Assembly (NCBI GenBank): GCA_964486045.1 | Contig: CAZALK010000013.1 | Span: forward strand, 78,841 to 142,840 | DNA length: 64,000 bases | Origin: an uncultured archaeon | GTDB lineage: Archaea; Asgardarchaeota; Lokiarchaeia; Sigyniarchaeales; SOKP01 | Direction of reading: 5' to 3' | Part shown: positions 29,582 to 39,940 of the stretch, in pieces | How the letters are laid out: each line of letters starts with the position of its first letter | Position numbering within the stretch: the first letter of the stretch is position 1 | The notes under the pieces: generated by a model | Told to the model about the DNA's origin: nothing | The model's input: only the letters and a program-made list of their open reading frames with translations | Databases searched by the model: none | Position numbers and translations under genes: made by a program

Positions 29582-30463
29582 TTAACCTTTAATAGCTCCT
29601 GCCATGAAGCCTTTTATTAGATATTTTCCAAGTACTAAATATACAATTAATGATGGTATTGTGTACCATAAAGTTCCTGCCATTTGAACATTCCACGCAG
29701 TAACAAAACCTCCTTGTAAATTTAACAACGCTACCGAAGCTGGCTGTGAAACACCTGCCCCTGTTAAAACTAAACCAAAGAGTAAATCATTCCAAACTTG
29801 AGTAAATTGAAAAATTGCCGCGACCACGAATGGTGTAACGGAAAGTGGTAATATCACATGAAGATATGTTTTCCCTATTCCCGCTCCATCGATTTTTGCT
29901 GCATTTATAAGGCTATCGGGGATACTATCATAGAAACTCTTGAAAAGGAGGGTACATATGGGGACTCCGTATGCAGTATGTGTTAGGATGAGACCAGATA
30001 TCTCGCCATATAAACCAAGCTCAACTATAATCTGAACTAGGGGAATAAGTACTGCTTGATAGGGAATGAATATGCCAATGATAATTAAGAGAAATATAGT
30101 ATTGGCTCCCCTGAACTTGACTTTGGTCAATGCATAACCCGTCATGGAACCTAAAATACAGGATAGAAGCGTGGCAGGTATTGTAAACATAAGACTATTT
30201 AAGATAGGTCCTCTCAATTCATTAAAGGCCGTTCCAAACGCGTCTAAGGTCGGTTTTACAGGTAGTTCTACTGGATTTGAATAAATTAAAGCCTCCTGTG
30301 TTTTTAAAGCAGTCATTATGGCACTCCAAAGAGGAAGGAGAGTCATAAATACAAAAAATATAAGCAAAAAATAAAGGAATACTCGTTTAGGATTTGGTAA
30401 TCTCTTTTTTTTTGAACCAATTTTATTGGGCTTACTTAGATACTTTATCTCTTTCGTTTTCAT
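29582..30463 (-). CDS. Carbohydrate ABC transporter permease (MalG-type)
   Basis: 6 TM segments, EAA loop IPDSLINAAKIDGA, and FTQVWND. Confidence 0.95.
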   Translation of the reverse strand: MKTKEIKYLSKPNKIGSKKKRLPNPKRVFLYFLLIFFVFMTLLPLWSAIMTALKTQEALIYSNPVELPVKPTLDAFGTAFNELRGPILNSLMFTIPATLLSCILGSMTGYALTKVKFRGANTIFLLIIIGIFIPYQAVLIPLVQIIVELGLYGEISGLILTHTAYGVPICTLLFKSFYDSIPDSLINAAKIDGAGIGKTYLHVILPLSVTPFVVAAIFQFTQVWNDLLFGLVLTGAGVSQPASVALLNLQGGFVTAWNVQMAGTLWYTIPSLIVYLVLGKYLIKGFMAGAIKG

Positions 30464-31353
30464 TATTTTTCCCTCCTATAAGTCGTGTATAAATATGGTA
30501 TAACTACTACCATTATTAACAAGAATAGTATAGTGGCGATAGCGGACCCATAGGAAAAATGTTTCTTGCGAAAAACTTCCTTGTACATTGTTAGGGGTAA
30601 AATCTCTGTGGCGTATCCAGGACCTCCATTAGTTAAAATAAATATTAAATCAAATGCTTTAAGAGCAAATACAATGAGTAAAACAAATCCGGTAAAAATA
30701 GGAGCTTTTAATTGAGGGATTATAATACGATAATACATCTGAAATCCTGACGCACCATCCACTGCTGCAGCCATAGTGTGAGATTCGGGGATGGACCTTA
30801 TCCCGGCTAGAAAAATTAACATCATATACCCTGAATATTGCCAAATGAGGACCACACAAACCCAAAACATAGCCCAATCTGGATCTTGGATCCAGATATT
30901 TCTAAAAAATCCAAGCCCTATTGACTCCAACAGGGTGTTTAAAACTCCTCTGCTAACATTATACATCCACTTCCATAAAAATCCGGTAACCACGAAAGAA
31001 AGTGTAAAAGGTAGCAGGTAAATAAGTTTAAAAACATTTTCCTTCCTTACTTTTTGATCGAGCAGTATAGCTAAAAAAAGACCCATAATAAGGCTACCGG
31101 GCACAAAAATTAATATTAATACTACATTATTCCATAGGGAGGTTAAAAATATCTCGTTAGTAAATAAATCTTTATATTGGCCAAACCCTTTAAAATCATA
31201 GCTTGGCTTCAAGCCATCCCAATCAGAAAGAGATACAACCACATTCCAGATAATGGCTATATAGACAAAAATTACTACAAGCACTATAGGTATTATAAGA
31301 AATAATATTGTAGATATCTTGTCCCTCGTTATGATCTTTTTGATAGACTTCAT
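30463..31353 (-). CDS. Carbohydrate ABC transporter permease (MalF-type)
   Basis: WQYSGY..LAGIRSIP..AAAVDGA and TNGGPG motifs. Confidence 0.95.
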   Translation of the reverse strand: MKSIKKIITRDKISTILFLIIPIVLVVIFVYIAIIWNVVVSLSDWDGLKPSYDFKGFGQYKDLFTNEIFLTSLWNNVVLILIFVPGSLIMGLFLAILLDQKVRKENVFKLIYLLPFTLSFVVTGFLWKWMYNVSRGVLNTLLESIGLGFFRNIWIQDPDWAMFWVCVVLIWQYSGYMMLIFLAGIRSIPESHTMAAAVDGASGFQMYYRIIIPQLKAPIFTGFVLLIVFALKAFDLIFILTNGGPGYATEILPLTMYKEVFRKKHFSYGSAIATILFLLIMVVVIPYLYTTYRREK

Positions 31354-31566
31354 TTTTTTCAATGCTTCTAATTTTTTGGCATATTTTTTTTATACGATTG
31401 GCTAATTAAAAAACTACCTTTTTTTTATCCATTTGGAAGCCTAAATGGGAGATATATCTACAAACTGAGCAGATCTCGGTAGCCCAAATGAACTTTATTG
31501 ATATTTAAAGATACTAAAAAAAAAAAAAATTTAAATTTTATTAATTTTTTTAACTGAGGTTTACAT

Positions 31567-32886
31567 TCACATTAGCGCCCAAACTGTAGTATAATCAGCT
31601 GCGTTATCGGATGCAAGGTTAGCTATTGCAGTTGCAGTTGCAGATTTAGTTGCAGGATCAGTACAGAATCCATTTATTACAGAATTTAATTCTGATGAGA
31701 AAGATTGAGGTGCGCCACTTCCATGAACTACGCTTGGGAACATATATGTTACAGAAGTGAAGTCAGCACCAGTCCAAGCATGATACGGTCCATATAAAGC
31801 AAGGTTGGAATCATTACGCGCAGATATCGAACCTTTTAAGGGATTAAAGGCGTCTTGACCTGCTTTAGAAGCAACAACCTCTAACCATCTATCTGAATTT
31901 CTTGGATGAGCAACACTTGCTGGATGTTGAAACGCATCAACAACAAGACCATACATGTCATTGGTTCCAGGCACTGCAATTGTTCCATAATCGACGTCAT
32001 ACGTTGAGTTAGCAACTAAGAACTCTCCGTTGGCCCAATCACCCATAATATTAAATATGCTATCTCCCTGGATTAATAAATCGGTTGCTTGATCCCACCC
32101 TAAGGTATTAAAATCTGGGTTGGTAAAATTCATGAAAGTCTCCAAAGTATCTAAAGCGGCTAAAAGATCGGCGTTAGTTGCAGATATAATATCTCCATTT
32201 ATCCAAGCCTCATAAACATCGATTCCTTGGCCTGCCAGGATTTGCTCGAAAAGATGTGCTTGTGTCCAAGCTTCTCCTAATGCTATAGCATCTTTACCAG
32301 GATTTGCTAGTTCGAAGGCAACACATGCTGCAAAAAACTCTGCCCAAGTATCGATAAGTTTGGGATCAACAGCAATAGCTGTAAGTTCCGGTAAATTATA
32401 CCATACTACATTAGACCTATGGATATTCACAGGCACCATGTAATAGTCCCCACCGAACTGACTCATGCTTTGCACTACATCAGGGATGACAGCTTCAAGG
32501 TTATTATCGGCCCATATATCATTTATATTTTCTAAAAGATCGGCCTCATAATACGCGATACCCTCGTATCCAGCGTGCATCTGGAAAGCATCTGGGGCTT
32601 CCCCTGCAAGTACTAAAGCTGTAATAATTGGAATCATTGTTGTCCCAGATCCACCTGCTACTGCCGATTGTATAACTACAGTATCAGGATATAAAGCTTC
32701 AAAAACATCTACTAACGCCCCAATTGCAGCGGCTTCTCCACCTGATGTCCACCAGTGGTATATTTCAAGTGCATCTGCTTCTTTTTCTGAGGGAGCCATA
32801 ACAACAAAAGAAATGCCTGCTACTATTGCTGCAGTAGCTATTACAGCAATGATTACAAAAACAGCTGTTTGTTTTTTTGGATCCAT
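31567..32886 (-). CDS. Sugar ABC substrate-binding protein (glucose/mannose-binding type), N-terminal membrane anchor
   Basis: EIYHWWTSGGEAAA, PVNIHRSN, IMGDWANGE and FNPLKGSI motifs. Confidence 0.92.
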   Translation of the reverse strand: MDPKKQTAVFVIIAVIATAAIVAGISFVVMAPSEKEADALEIYHWWTSGGEAAAIGALVDVFEALYPDTVVIQSAVAGGSGTTMIPIITALVLAGEAPDAFQMHAGYEGIAYYEADLLENINDIWADNNLEAVIPDVVQSMSQFGGDYYMVPVNIHRSNVVWYNLPELTAIAVDPKLIDTWAEFFAACVAFELANPGKDAIALGEAWTQAHLFEQILAGQGIDVYEAWINGDIISATNADLLAALDTLETFMNFTNPDFNTLGWDQATDLLIQGDSIFNIMGDWANGEFLVANSTYDVDYGTIAVPGTNDMYGLVVDAFQHPASVAHPRNSDRWLEVVASKAGQDAFNPLKGSISARNDSNLALYGPYHAWTGADFTSVTYMFPSVVHGSGAPQSFSSELNSVINGFCTDPATKSATATAIANLASDNAADYTTVWALM

Positions 32887-32933
32887 TTTATTTACCTATT
32901 TTTTATATTTAATTTGTTTTTCTATTAGATTTT

Positions 32934-32996
32934 TCCAAAATTATTAAGGATTTATACCCTAAATTATTAAGGACTAAAATCCTAAATTATTATTGT
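32934..32996. promoter_or_regulatory. Three tandem near-palindromic putative operator sites (23-bp period) upstream of the sugar ABC operon
   Basis: TCCAAAATTATTAAGGA (32934), CCCTAAATTATTAAGGA (32957), TCCTAAATTATTATTGT (32980). A minus-strand BRE/TATA-like GTAAAAAGTCTTAAATA lies at about 33006-33022. Confidence 0.65.
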
Positions 32997-33087
32997 TTTC
33001 CAAACTATTTAAGACTTTTTACACAAAAGCACAACAAAAAAATTAGTTAACATCAATAGAAGACTTGTAATTTCAAATTTAATTGGG

Positions 33088-33779
33088 ATGTTAATAATAA
33101 CGATTATCATAATGAAAAATGTAAAAATTCTCTACATTTTGCCTTACACTATTTATAAAATCTCAGTAAGAGACCACAAGGGAAATCCTCTATATGATCA
33201 TGACTGGTCAGAGTCAAGTATAAGTGAGACTGTTTTTTCTGGATTTCTTAATGCAATTGAGATGATGAGTGAAGAAATAATGCATATGGGGGGATCCTTG
33301 AAATAAATCTAAATAAAGGAATTCTTTTTGTGAATAGATCTAAGCATATTACAATAGGATTAGTTGCATCTAAAGCATTTATAGTATTAAGAGATTGAGT
33401 GATTAATTTTGCAAATGATTTTGAAAATAAATTTGAAAGACTTCTTAAAAAATCCTGTATTGATATGAATGATTATAAGCCTGCTTATGAGTTAATAAAT
33501 AAATACTTCTCAAATATTCCTTATCGTATTATTAAGAGTAAAAACCAGGTTCTAACATTATCATATAAATATAATAACATCCCAAAACAAATTAAAAACA
33601 AATTTAAAGACATTTTTGATAAAGTGGATGAATATGAAAATGTATTAAATGAATTAATCATACCTCCTTATTCAGATCCTTCTGAATTTTTTGATCTATT
33701 TGAAGAATTAAAACTTGAAATTGATGAACTAGATTTAAAAGACTCAAAACAACAAGATAAAAAAATTTACTTAGAATAA
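33088..33779 (+). pseudogene. Disrupted gene with a longin/roadblock-like domain
   Basis: Adding one G in the G-run at 33288-33293 gives MGGILEINLNKGILFVNRSKHITIGLVASKAFIVLRD, then an in-frame TGA at 33396 and the 33399-33779 ORF. The fold assignment is inferred. Confidence 0.7.
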
Positions 33780-34022
33780 TCCAAAAAAATCACCATTTAT
33801 TAAAAAGATAGTTTCACACAGTTGTATCCTTTAATCCTTCCAGTAATTATTATATGGATAATTCTATCTTAGGTGTGTTTTATTCCATTAAATTTCCTTA
33901 TATTGGGAGCGTTAAAAAAACGAAAGATAAGTAAATATTGATTATTTTTAAATTCTGTCATACAAATTATTAAATTCTTTTATTTCACTTTTTAATTATT
34001 AAGATTGTTTTTAGAGATAATA

Positions 34023-34412
34023 ATGAAGATTGAACATATTGCCATTTGGACAAGAAATATAGAAGAACTTAAGTTATTTTATGAAAAATATTTTAAAGCA
34101 AAATCTACCCAAAAGTATATCAATAAAAACAAGCAATTTGAATCTTATTTTTTAAAATTTGATTCTGGGGCAAGACTTGAGTTGATGAGTATGACCTCAA
34201 TTCCAGAATCCAAAAATGACGTGTTTGTCCAGTTTACTGGTTTAATTCATATTGCCATCTCAACAAGCACGAAAGAAAGAGTTGATGCATTGACACGGCA
34301 ATTAAAAAATGATGGTTTTCAAATTTTGGATGCTCCCCGAAAAACTGGAGATGGTTATTATGAAAGTATCGTGTTAGATCCAGATGGAAATAGAATTGAA
34401 ATTACTATTTAA
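34023..34412 (+). CDS. VOC/glyoxalase family protein
   Basis: MKIEHIAIW, RLELM, HIAIS, and GDGYYES..DPDGNRIEI motifs. Confidence 0.92.
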   Translation: MKIEHIAIWTRNIEELKLFYEKYFKAKSTQKYINKNKQFESYFLKFDSGARLELMSMTSIPESKNDVFVQFTGLIHIAISTSTKERVDALTRQLKNDGFQILDAPRKTGDGYYESIVLDPDGNRIEITI

Positions 34413-34430
34413 AATTCTCCCTTCAATAAT

Positions 34431-34467
34431 CTCATTTTAACCTTTATCAAATTGTAGTATGATACAC
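34431..34467 (+). repeat. Direct repeat, copy B (orphan copy of the larC 5' end)
   Basis: CTCATTTTAACCTTTATCAAATTGTAGTATGATACAC, matches 25071-25107. Confidence 0.85.
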
Positions 34468-34574
34468 ATAAAAAAATAATATTAATAATAATCATTATTA
34501 TATTAAACTTATAATAATAAGAATTTTCAAAATTATATGAAATATTTCAAGTTTAGGATTACTTAAAAATAAAT

Positions 34575-34953
34575 TTGAGAAAAATATCAACCTCAATTAC
34601 TCCATTAATTAATGAGACAACAAATCCACCGATTCATACTTGGGACGAGATTGAATCGATTATATCTAACTGGTTTGAAAAAAACAACATTCATTTTGAG
34701 ATTAAGTACCAATTAAAAATTTTAGATGCACACAAATTTTACGATACATTGCCTCTATGGAATGATTTTAAAAAAAATGCTAAATATTCCTAATTTAAAA
34801 ATAAAATGTATTACGTTTAATCATGAGCAATCTTGGGAATTTTCACATTCAATCCTTAATACCTATGTTAAAGAGATAATTAAGAAGATACAAAAATTTA
34901 ATCCTAGTGTTAGGATGGAGTGGAATCAATATATAATAATTTTATTGACATAA
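34575..34953 (+). pseudogene. Probable gene fragment split by a frameshift
   Basis: Two overlapping short ORFs that can be joined at the A-run at about 34770-34777; no clear start and no recognised family. Confidence 0.45.
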
Positions 34954-35101
34954 GTATTAGGTTTTAAAATTTTACTTAATTTCTAATTCTTATTAATTAA
35001 CATCTATTCTCTTCTTATTTTTTATAAAAAATTAGTGATTAAACTCATTAAAAAAACTTCGAATAGCAAGAAATATTTCATTTTTACTATATTCTTTAAA
35101 A

Positions 35102-35992
35102 TCATAAACCCTCTAATAATTTTGAGAAATCTGGTTCTTTAAATATTTCGTTGTATTTTTTTATCAGCTCGATATTGACTAAGTGAATTTTTCCTGATTC
35201 TCTTTTTATTAATTTAACTAAATTAAGGTCTTTCATCTTTTTAATGTGATATTGAAGGGTTCCCGCATATATATCAAGGTTTTCTCCGATTTTTGAGATG
35301 GAAATGGATTCATCCTTAAAAATTTCTTCAATTATTTTCGGGATAAGCGAATTTATAAGAATTACTTTGACTTTATCTAAATCTTCTGGAACATCTCTGA
35401 GAAAGTAATGTAGTGTCTTGCCTATTTTTTTTGATCTTATGAGCTTAAACCGTTCTAATGTCATTATATGTTTTAAAAAAGGTGTTCGGGTTATCTTTAA
35501 TACCCTTTCAATTTTTTCGTCTCTCGCATGGATTCCCGGATTATTTTTAATAAAATCTAGGATAGAAACAAGCTTTTCATTAGTAAGTATTTCTAACTTC
35601 GTTCTTCTTTCTTGAGTCACTATATAAGATTTAGTCTCTAGACTTCGAATAGCGAGAAAAATTTCTTCTTTACTATATCCTTTTTTATAAGATAATTTTG
35701 CGATACATTTAGCATATAACTTCTCTATTATGGGGTATTTTTGAATTTGACCCTCAGATTCAATTTCAAATTCAGCATCATAACGCTTTAATTTTAGAAT
35801 ATTTTTAGCAATATCTAGAACATCTTTTTCTATTTCAGTTAGTTCCTCGATAATTTCCTCTTTTTTTAATTTTGTCCTTTCTAATTCCGTTGTTTCCTGC
35901 AAAGGACTAAAATCTAAACGTCTAAATGAACTTTCCTCTAACTTCTCCTTTTTATTTGGCTTCTTGACTTCTCTTCTTCTTTCGAGCGACAT
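35102..35992 (-). CDS. Winged-helix transcriptional regulator (tandem HTH)
   Basis: ILDFIKNNPGIH..HIMTLERFKLI..GKTLHYF and ISKIGENL..TLQYHIKKM patterns. Confidence 0.75.
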   Translation of the reverse strand: MSLERRREVKKPNKKEKLEESSFRRLDFSPLQETTELERTKLKKEEIIEELTEIEKDVLDIAKNILKLKRYDAEFEIESEGQIQKYPIIEKLYAKCIAKLSYKKGYSKEEIFLAIRSLETKSYIVTQERRTKLEILTNEKLVSILDFIKNNPGIHARDEKIERVLKITRTPFLKHIMTLERFKLIRSKKIGKTLHYFLRDVPEDLDKVKVILINSLIPKIIEEIFKDESISISKIGENLDIYAGTLQYHIKKMKDLNLVKLIKRESGKIHLVNIELIKKYNEIFKEPDFSKLLEGL

Positions 35993-35993
35993 T

Positions 35994-37589
35994 CTAAGCG
36001 TTTTCCTCTAAGAATTGAACAAATTTTAATTGTTCTTCAACATCCATTTGCCTTAATTGCTCTACAATTTTATCTATATGTTTGGTGCTAACGTTTGAAA
36101 GTTTTTTTATTCTCTCTATTAACTTTTTAGGTATTTCTTTATATAAATCGACTAATACTTCAATGTACTTTATTTGTTCTTCTTTTGTTAGGAATGCTAG
36201 CTCTTCTAATAACTCTCTCTTTTCTTTTTTGGAGATTTTTAAATTTTTAATTTGTTCTCTTAAATCTTTTGATAAGACTGCAAAGATTTTTGAAAAATAT
36301 TCTTTAACTAACTTCTTATCTTTTTCATCTTTTACAGGTAAAAGTGATTCATGGAGTCTTAAATCAATCTTCTCTCCATTCTTCTCCTCCTCTCGTTTTT
36401 CTAATATCTCTTCTAAAGATTCAATTTTTTCCAGCTTTTCTCCAAGTCTTTTCTCTTCTATAGGTGTTAAATCTTTTTCTTTAGGTGTGGTAACAGTAGG
36501 TGGGGGTCTCATGGGTGACTCATCTATTAATTTTTCTTTTTCCTCGCCTCCACTCTTTAATGTTTGTTCTATTAATTTATAAGTTTGAGGAGTATATTCG
36601 GTTTTTTGTTCTGATGGTATAAATTGGGGTTTTTCTGAGGATTTGCCAAGAAAAAGGAAAAATAATAGAACTCCTTTTAACAATATAAATATCCCTGCGG
36701 CATAGAAAAGTGAACCTATTACACCAATGATTACCACTCTTATTGAATCGCTAAGATCGAACTTTTGTTTGATCTCAATAAGCGATTTTGATCGTTTATC
36801 TATACTTAAGGCTACTAAAGAAATGATTAATAATATCGCATAAACTAGCAAAACTATAGGTAATTCGAAGTAACCGGGGAATGTAATTGGAATGGGAATG
36901 GATCCTGCTGCTGGAAGATAAACCCCCTCATCATATGCTCTAAAAATACCCATAAGGATGATTACAAACCCTGCTTTGCTAGAAAAATAACTAATCGAAT
37001 TTTTTGCTAATAGACCATAATCATAAGCTTTAAGATTTTTATCCTTTTGATTCTCATGATTAACTAATATATATATTATAATAAAAACACCTTTAATCAA
37101 TACAAGAACTCCAAGTCCATACAAAACACACCCCAAAATCCCCCAACATAAAGAATCTAAAAAGATTTCGTTATATTTTTTTTCCTTTATCTTTGGGGCA
37201 ATATATGCTCCATCATAGATTAAAAGAGAAAGTCCAATCAAACCTTGTAACAACCGGTTAAAAAGAATGAATCCCCAACTATCTAAATTAAATGCTATTT
37301 CAGCAATTAACCCAAATGAAATAACTGTGAAGAAAAATAAAGGGAGATATGAAATTTTATTTAAAAATTGAATCAGTTTATCTAGATTCGAAGAATCTTT
37401 TACAGATAAACCTAGGGTTCTATTAAATTTTCTCGTAATAGGAGTTGGTGCAGGCTTGAATTTTACACCCTCCAAATTAAATGGAGAACCACATCTTTCA
37501 CAAAATACTTGAACATTATTATCTATTAAACCTGAAAGTTCCCTAGGGAACTCATACTTACACTCTCTACAAACATAAGTCTTTGGCAT
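35994..37589 (-). CDS. Membrane protein with an N-terminal zinc ribbon and a charged helical C-terminus
   Basis: CREC..CERC, about 7 TM segments, and repeated EEQ.K..E.L helices. Confidence 0.75.
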   Translation of the reverse strand: MPKTYVCRECKYEFPRELSGLIDNNVQVFCERCGSPFNLEGVKFKPAPTPITRKFNRTLGLSVKDSSNLDKLIQFLNKISYLPLFFFTVISFGLIAEIAFNLDSWGFILFNRLLQGLIGLSLLIYDGAYIAPKIKEKKYNEIFLDSLCWGILGCVLYGLGVLVLIKGVFIIIYILVNHENQKDKNLKAYDYGLLAKNSISYFSSKAGFVIILMGIFRAYDEGVYLPAAGSIPIPITFPGYFELPIVLLVYAILLIISLVALSIDKRSKSLIEIKQKFDLSDSIRVVIIGVIGSLFYAAGIFILLKGVLLFFLFLGKSSEKPQFIPSEQKTEYTPQTYKLIEQTLKSGGEEKEKLIDESPMRPPPTVTTPKEKDLTPIEEKRLGEKLEKIESLEEILEKREEEKNGEKIDLRLHESLLPVKDEKDKKLVKEYFSKIFAVLSKDLREQIKNLKISKKEKRELLEELAFLTKEEQIKYIEVLVDLYKEIPKKLIERIKKLSNVSTKHIDKIVEQLRQMDVEEQLKFVQFLEENA

Positions 37590-37682
37590 GCTTCTAAATT
37601 ACACCTTAGTATTTATATTTTAATTTGATTCCTTTAATTTTTTTTTAAAATTTTTACTATTGGAAAAATGTTAAGAAAAATG

Positions 37683-38159
37683 TTAATGGTTTGAAACCAA
37701 AGGTGTTTGATATTCAACTACCTTTAAAGCTTTTCCACAGTAAACACAATAAACAATGCTATCTGAAAACATTTTATTTATCATCTTTTCTGATAATCTT
37801 TTACCACATTCACCACAATATAAAACTGTATTATTTACTTCGATATTTGTCTTAGGAATATTATTTTGTGGTTGATCTTTTGTCCATTTACCTCCTGAGA
37901 CTAAATTATATAGTCCTTCGCTTAATTTGAAAAACAAAAGACCGATTCCCTTGAGGAGATAATAAATACCCTTAAGTACATAATAAGTCAAGTACGCTAT
38001 ACCTTTTATAATATAAAATGCAATTGTTATTAATAAAGTTAGAAGCACAATAACTCCCACAATAATTAATACCTGCCCATAGATTGGTTGTACTAAATAC
38101 CAATCAAGGAACTCATTATACCATGTATCCAAATTATCTACAATATCTCTCCAATTCAT
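37683..38159 (-). CDS. Membrane-anchored protein with a C-terminal zinc ribbon
   Basis: Long hydrophobic segment followed by CGECG..CVYCG. Confidence 0.75.
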   Translation of the reverse strand: MNWRDIVDNLDTWYNEFLDWYLVQPIYGQVLIIVGVIVLLTLLITIAFYIIKGIAYLTYYVLKGIYYLLKGIGLLFFKLSEGLYNLVSGGKWTKDQPQNNIPKTNIEVNNTVLYCGECGKRLSEKMINKMFSDSIVYCVYCGKALKVVEYQTPLVSNH

Positions 38160-38262
38160 TTTTATAACCTTCTTTTATTTATTTTTAATTCTAAATTGTA
38201 AATATTTAAGGTTGATTTTAAAAAATTTGGAGTCCAATGTTTATGAATTTTGAGTCGAAATT

Positions 38263-38781
38263 CTACAATTTTTGAGGATTTAATATGAGTTCTTGCCAAT
38301 TTATTGATTTAACAGTACTTTTTAGTCTATGATCGTCATCAACTATTCTGTACTTTAAGTCATTAAAAAATATCTTTGCCCTTTCTCGAGCCATTTTATA
38401 TCGAACAACTTTATCATTTTTTCCATGGTAAACTATAACTGGAATATCAATAGGTTTATACAGATGTGGTTTAAGTTTACGAGATACCAAAAAAGGTGCT
38501 AAAAGAACTAATTGGCATACTCTATTAGGATTTTGCAATGCATACAATACGCTCATAAGCCCTCCAAAGCTAGATCCAATAATTACCCAATTTTTTTTTT
38601 TATTATTCAAAATAGAGTTCAATTCCGCCATCCTATATTCTAACAATTTATACATAGGAATATCTTCATTGGATTTCTTAAAATCAGGAGTGAGAATATT
38701 TGGGAAAACACTTTTTAGGAATTTACCTTTAAACCCATGACCTGAACTTTCAAATCCGTGAACAAAAATAATATTATGCAT
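38263..38781 (-). CDS. YqiA-like alpha/beta hydrolase
   Basis: VHGFES, GSSFGG nucleophile elbow, HGKND and DDDH motifs. Confidence 0.88.
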   Translation of the reverse strand: MHNIIFVHGFESSGHGFKGKFLKSVFPNILTPDFKKSNEDIPMYKLLEYRMAELNSILNNKKKNWVIIGSSFGGLMSVLYALQNPNRVCQLVLLAPFLVSRKLKPHLYKPIDIPVIVYHGKNDKVVRYKMARERAKIFFNDLKYRIVDDDHRLKSTVKSINWQELILNPQKL

Positions 38782-38823
38782 GAAATATGACTCTTAGGGA
38801 ATCTTTTTTGATTCAATTTTCAA

Positions 38824-39891
38824 TTATTCAACTTCATCCTTCAAATGATAACTATAATCTTCCTCCCTGTACAATTTCAGTGCTTTCTTCTGACCAAAAT
38901 AAACCAAGCCAAAAAACACTCCAAAGTATATAACAAGGATTAACATTGTGTAAAAATAATATTTATAAGTAAAACCCATAATGAAGAGAGCTGAACCAAG
39001 AACAAAACCAGTTAACAATCTGGTCGCAGTGGTGCTTTTTCTGAATAAGAGTCTTTGTGTACCCCAATCAATAATCCCAGGTATGGGTAGAATTATTATC
39101 AAAATAATTGCGACTTCTGGGCTAATCTCAGTCTTAAAGATTACCTCTATTAGATTAAAAACAAACATTGAGAATAAACCCCCAAGTACTACGCCTGAAC
39201 ATCTTGAACAAAAATATATCTTTGTTCTCCCAAATTTTAAGTAAAATGTGTGATCAGAATCGGAAGCTGGATGATGTGTCAAAAATATGTAATATAAATG
39301 CTTTTCACTGGCAGCAAAAGCTTTATCATATAACACTAACAGTAGTGGAATTATAAAGACAATTGATAAAAGAGCTTGGGAAAAAAATTTAAATCCATAA
39401 TTGATGACCAATATATCTAAAGCAAATTGACCCGGATAAAATAATGCTTGAAGACTGATTATAACACCTGTTATTATAAATGAACTAATAATTAAAACGA
39501 CAAATGTATAATATACTTTAATACTCTCAGAATATTTTGATGGCTTATACTTGTATAAGCCTGTTAAAAGTCCTATCAGTGCAACTATTAGGCACCATTC
39601 AATGTAAATTTGGTTATAAAAGGCTAACTGATAGAGAAATTCGGCAATGAAACCATTTATCAAACCATGAATTGGACCCGCCAAAACTGAGAAGAATGTA
39701 AAAATCAATAAGGTGACACCAAAGACAAGGGTAAATTCTTGACCGTTAATCACGAAAATTGAAGAAACCGAACCAAAGGTCTCAGCTGTATAGATATAGG
39801 AGATAATGATAAACATGCTAATTAGTAGATTCAAAAAAATTAAGCGTAAATAATTTTTTCTCTCTACATCTTGATTTGAAACTTCATTCAA
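38824..39891 (-). CDS. Membrane protein: ECF S-component-like region fused to a DUF2085-like region
   Basis: GPIHGLINGFIAE S-component-like helix; HH..HTF..FCSRCSG..IIDWGTQ..RLLTG in the C-terminal half. Confidence 0.6.
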   Translation of the reverse strand: MNEVSNQDVERKNYLRLIFLNLLISMFIIISYIYTAETFGSVSSIFVINGQEFTLVFGVTLLIFTFFSVLAGPIHGLINGFIAEFLYQLAFYNQIYIEWCLIVALIGLLTGLYKYKPSKYSESIKVYYTFVVLIISSFIITGVIISLQALFYPGQFALDILVINYGFKFFSQALLSIVFIIPLLLVLYDKAFAASEKHLYYIFLTHHPASDSDHTFYLKFGRTKIYFCSRCSGVVLGGLFSMFVFNLIEVIFKTEISPEVAIILIIILPIPGIIDWGTQRLLFRKSTTATRLLTGFVLGSALFIMGFTYKYYFYTMLILVIYFGVFFGLVYFGQKKALKLYREEDYSYHLKDEVE

Positions 39892-39940
39892 TGTAATTGA
39901 TTACACTCTTTATATTTTAAGCTTTCAACTTAAAGTCTTA

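Noticed and set aside
32934-32996. Mini CRISPR array
   Set aside because: The period is only 23 bp with ~6-nt spacers, there are no cas genes, and the position at a promoter fits operators
33396-33398. In-frame TGA as selenocysteine
   Set aside because: Not a redox-motif context, no SECIS recognised, and the same gene also has a frameshift, so a nonsense mutation is more likely
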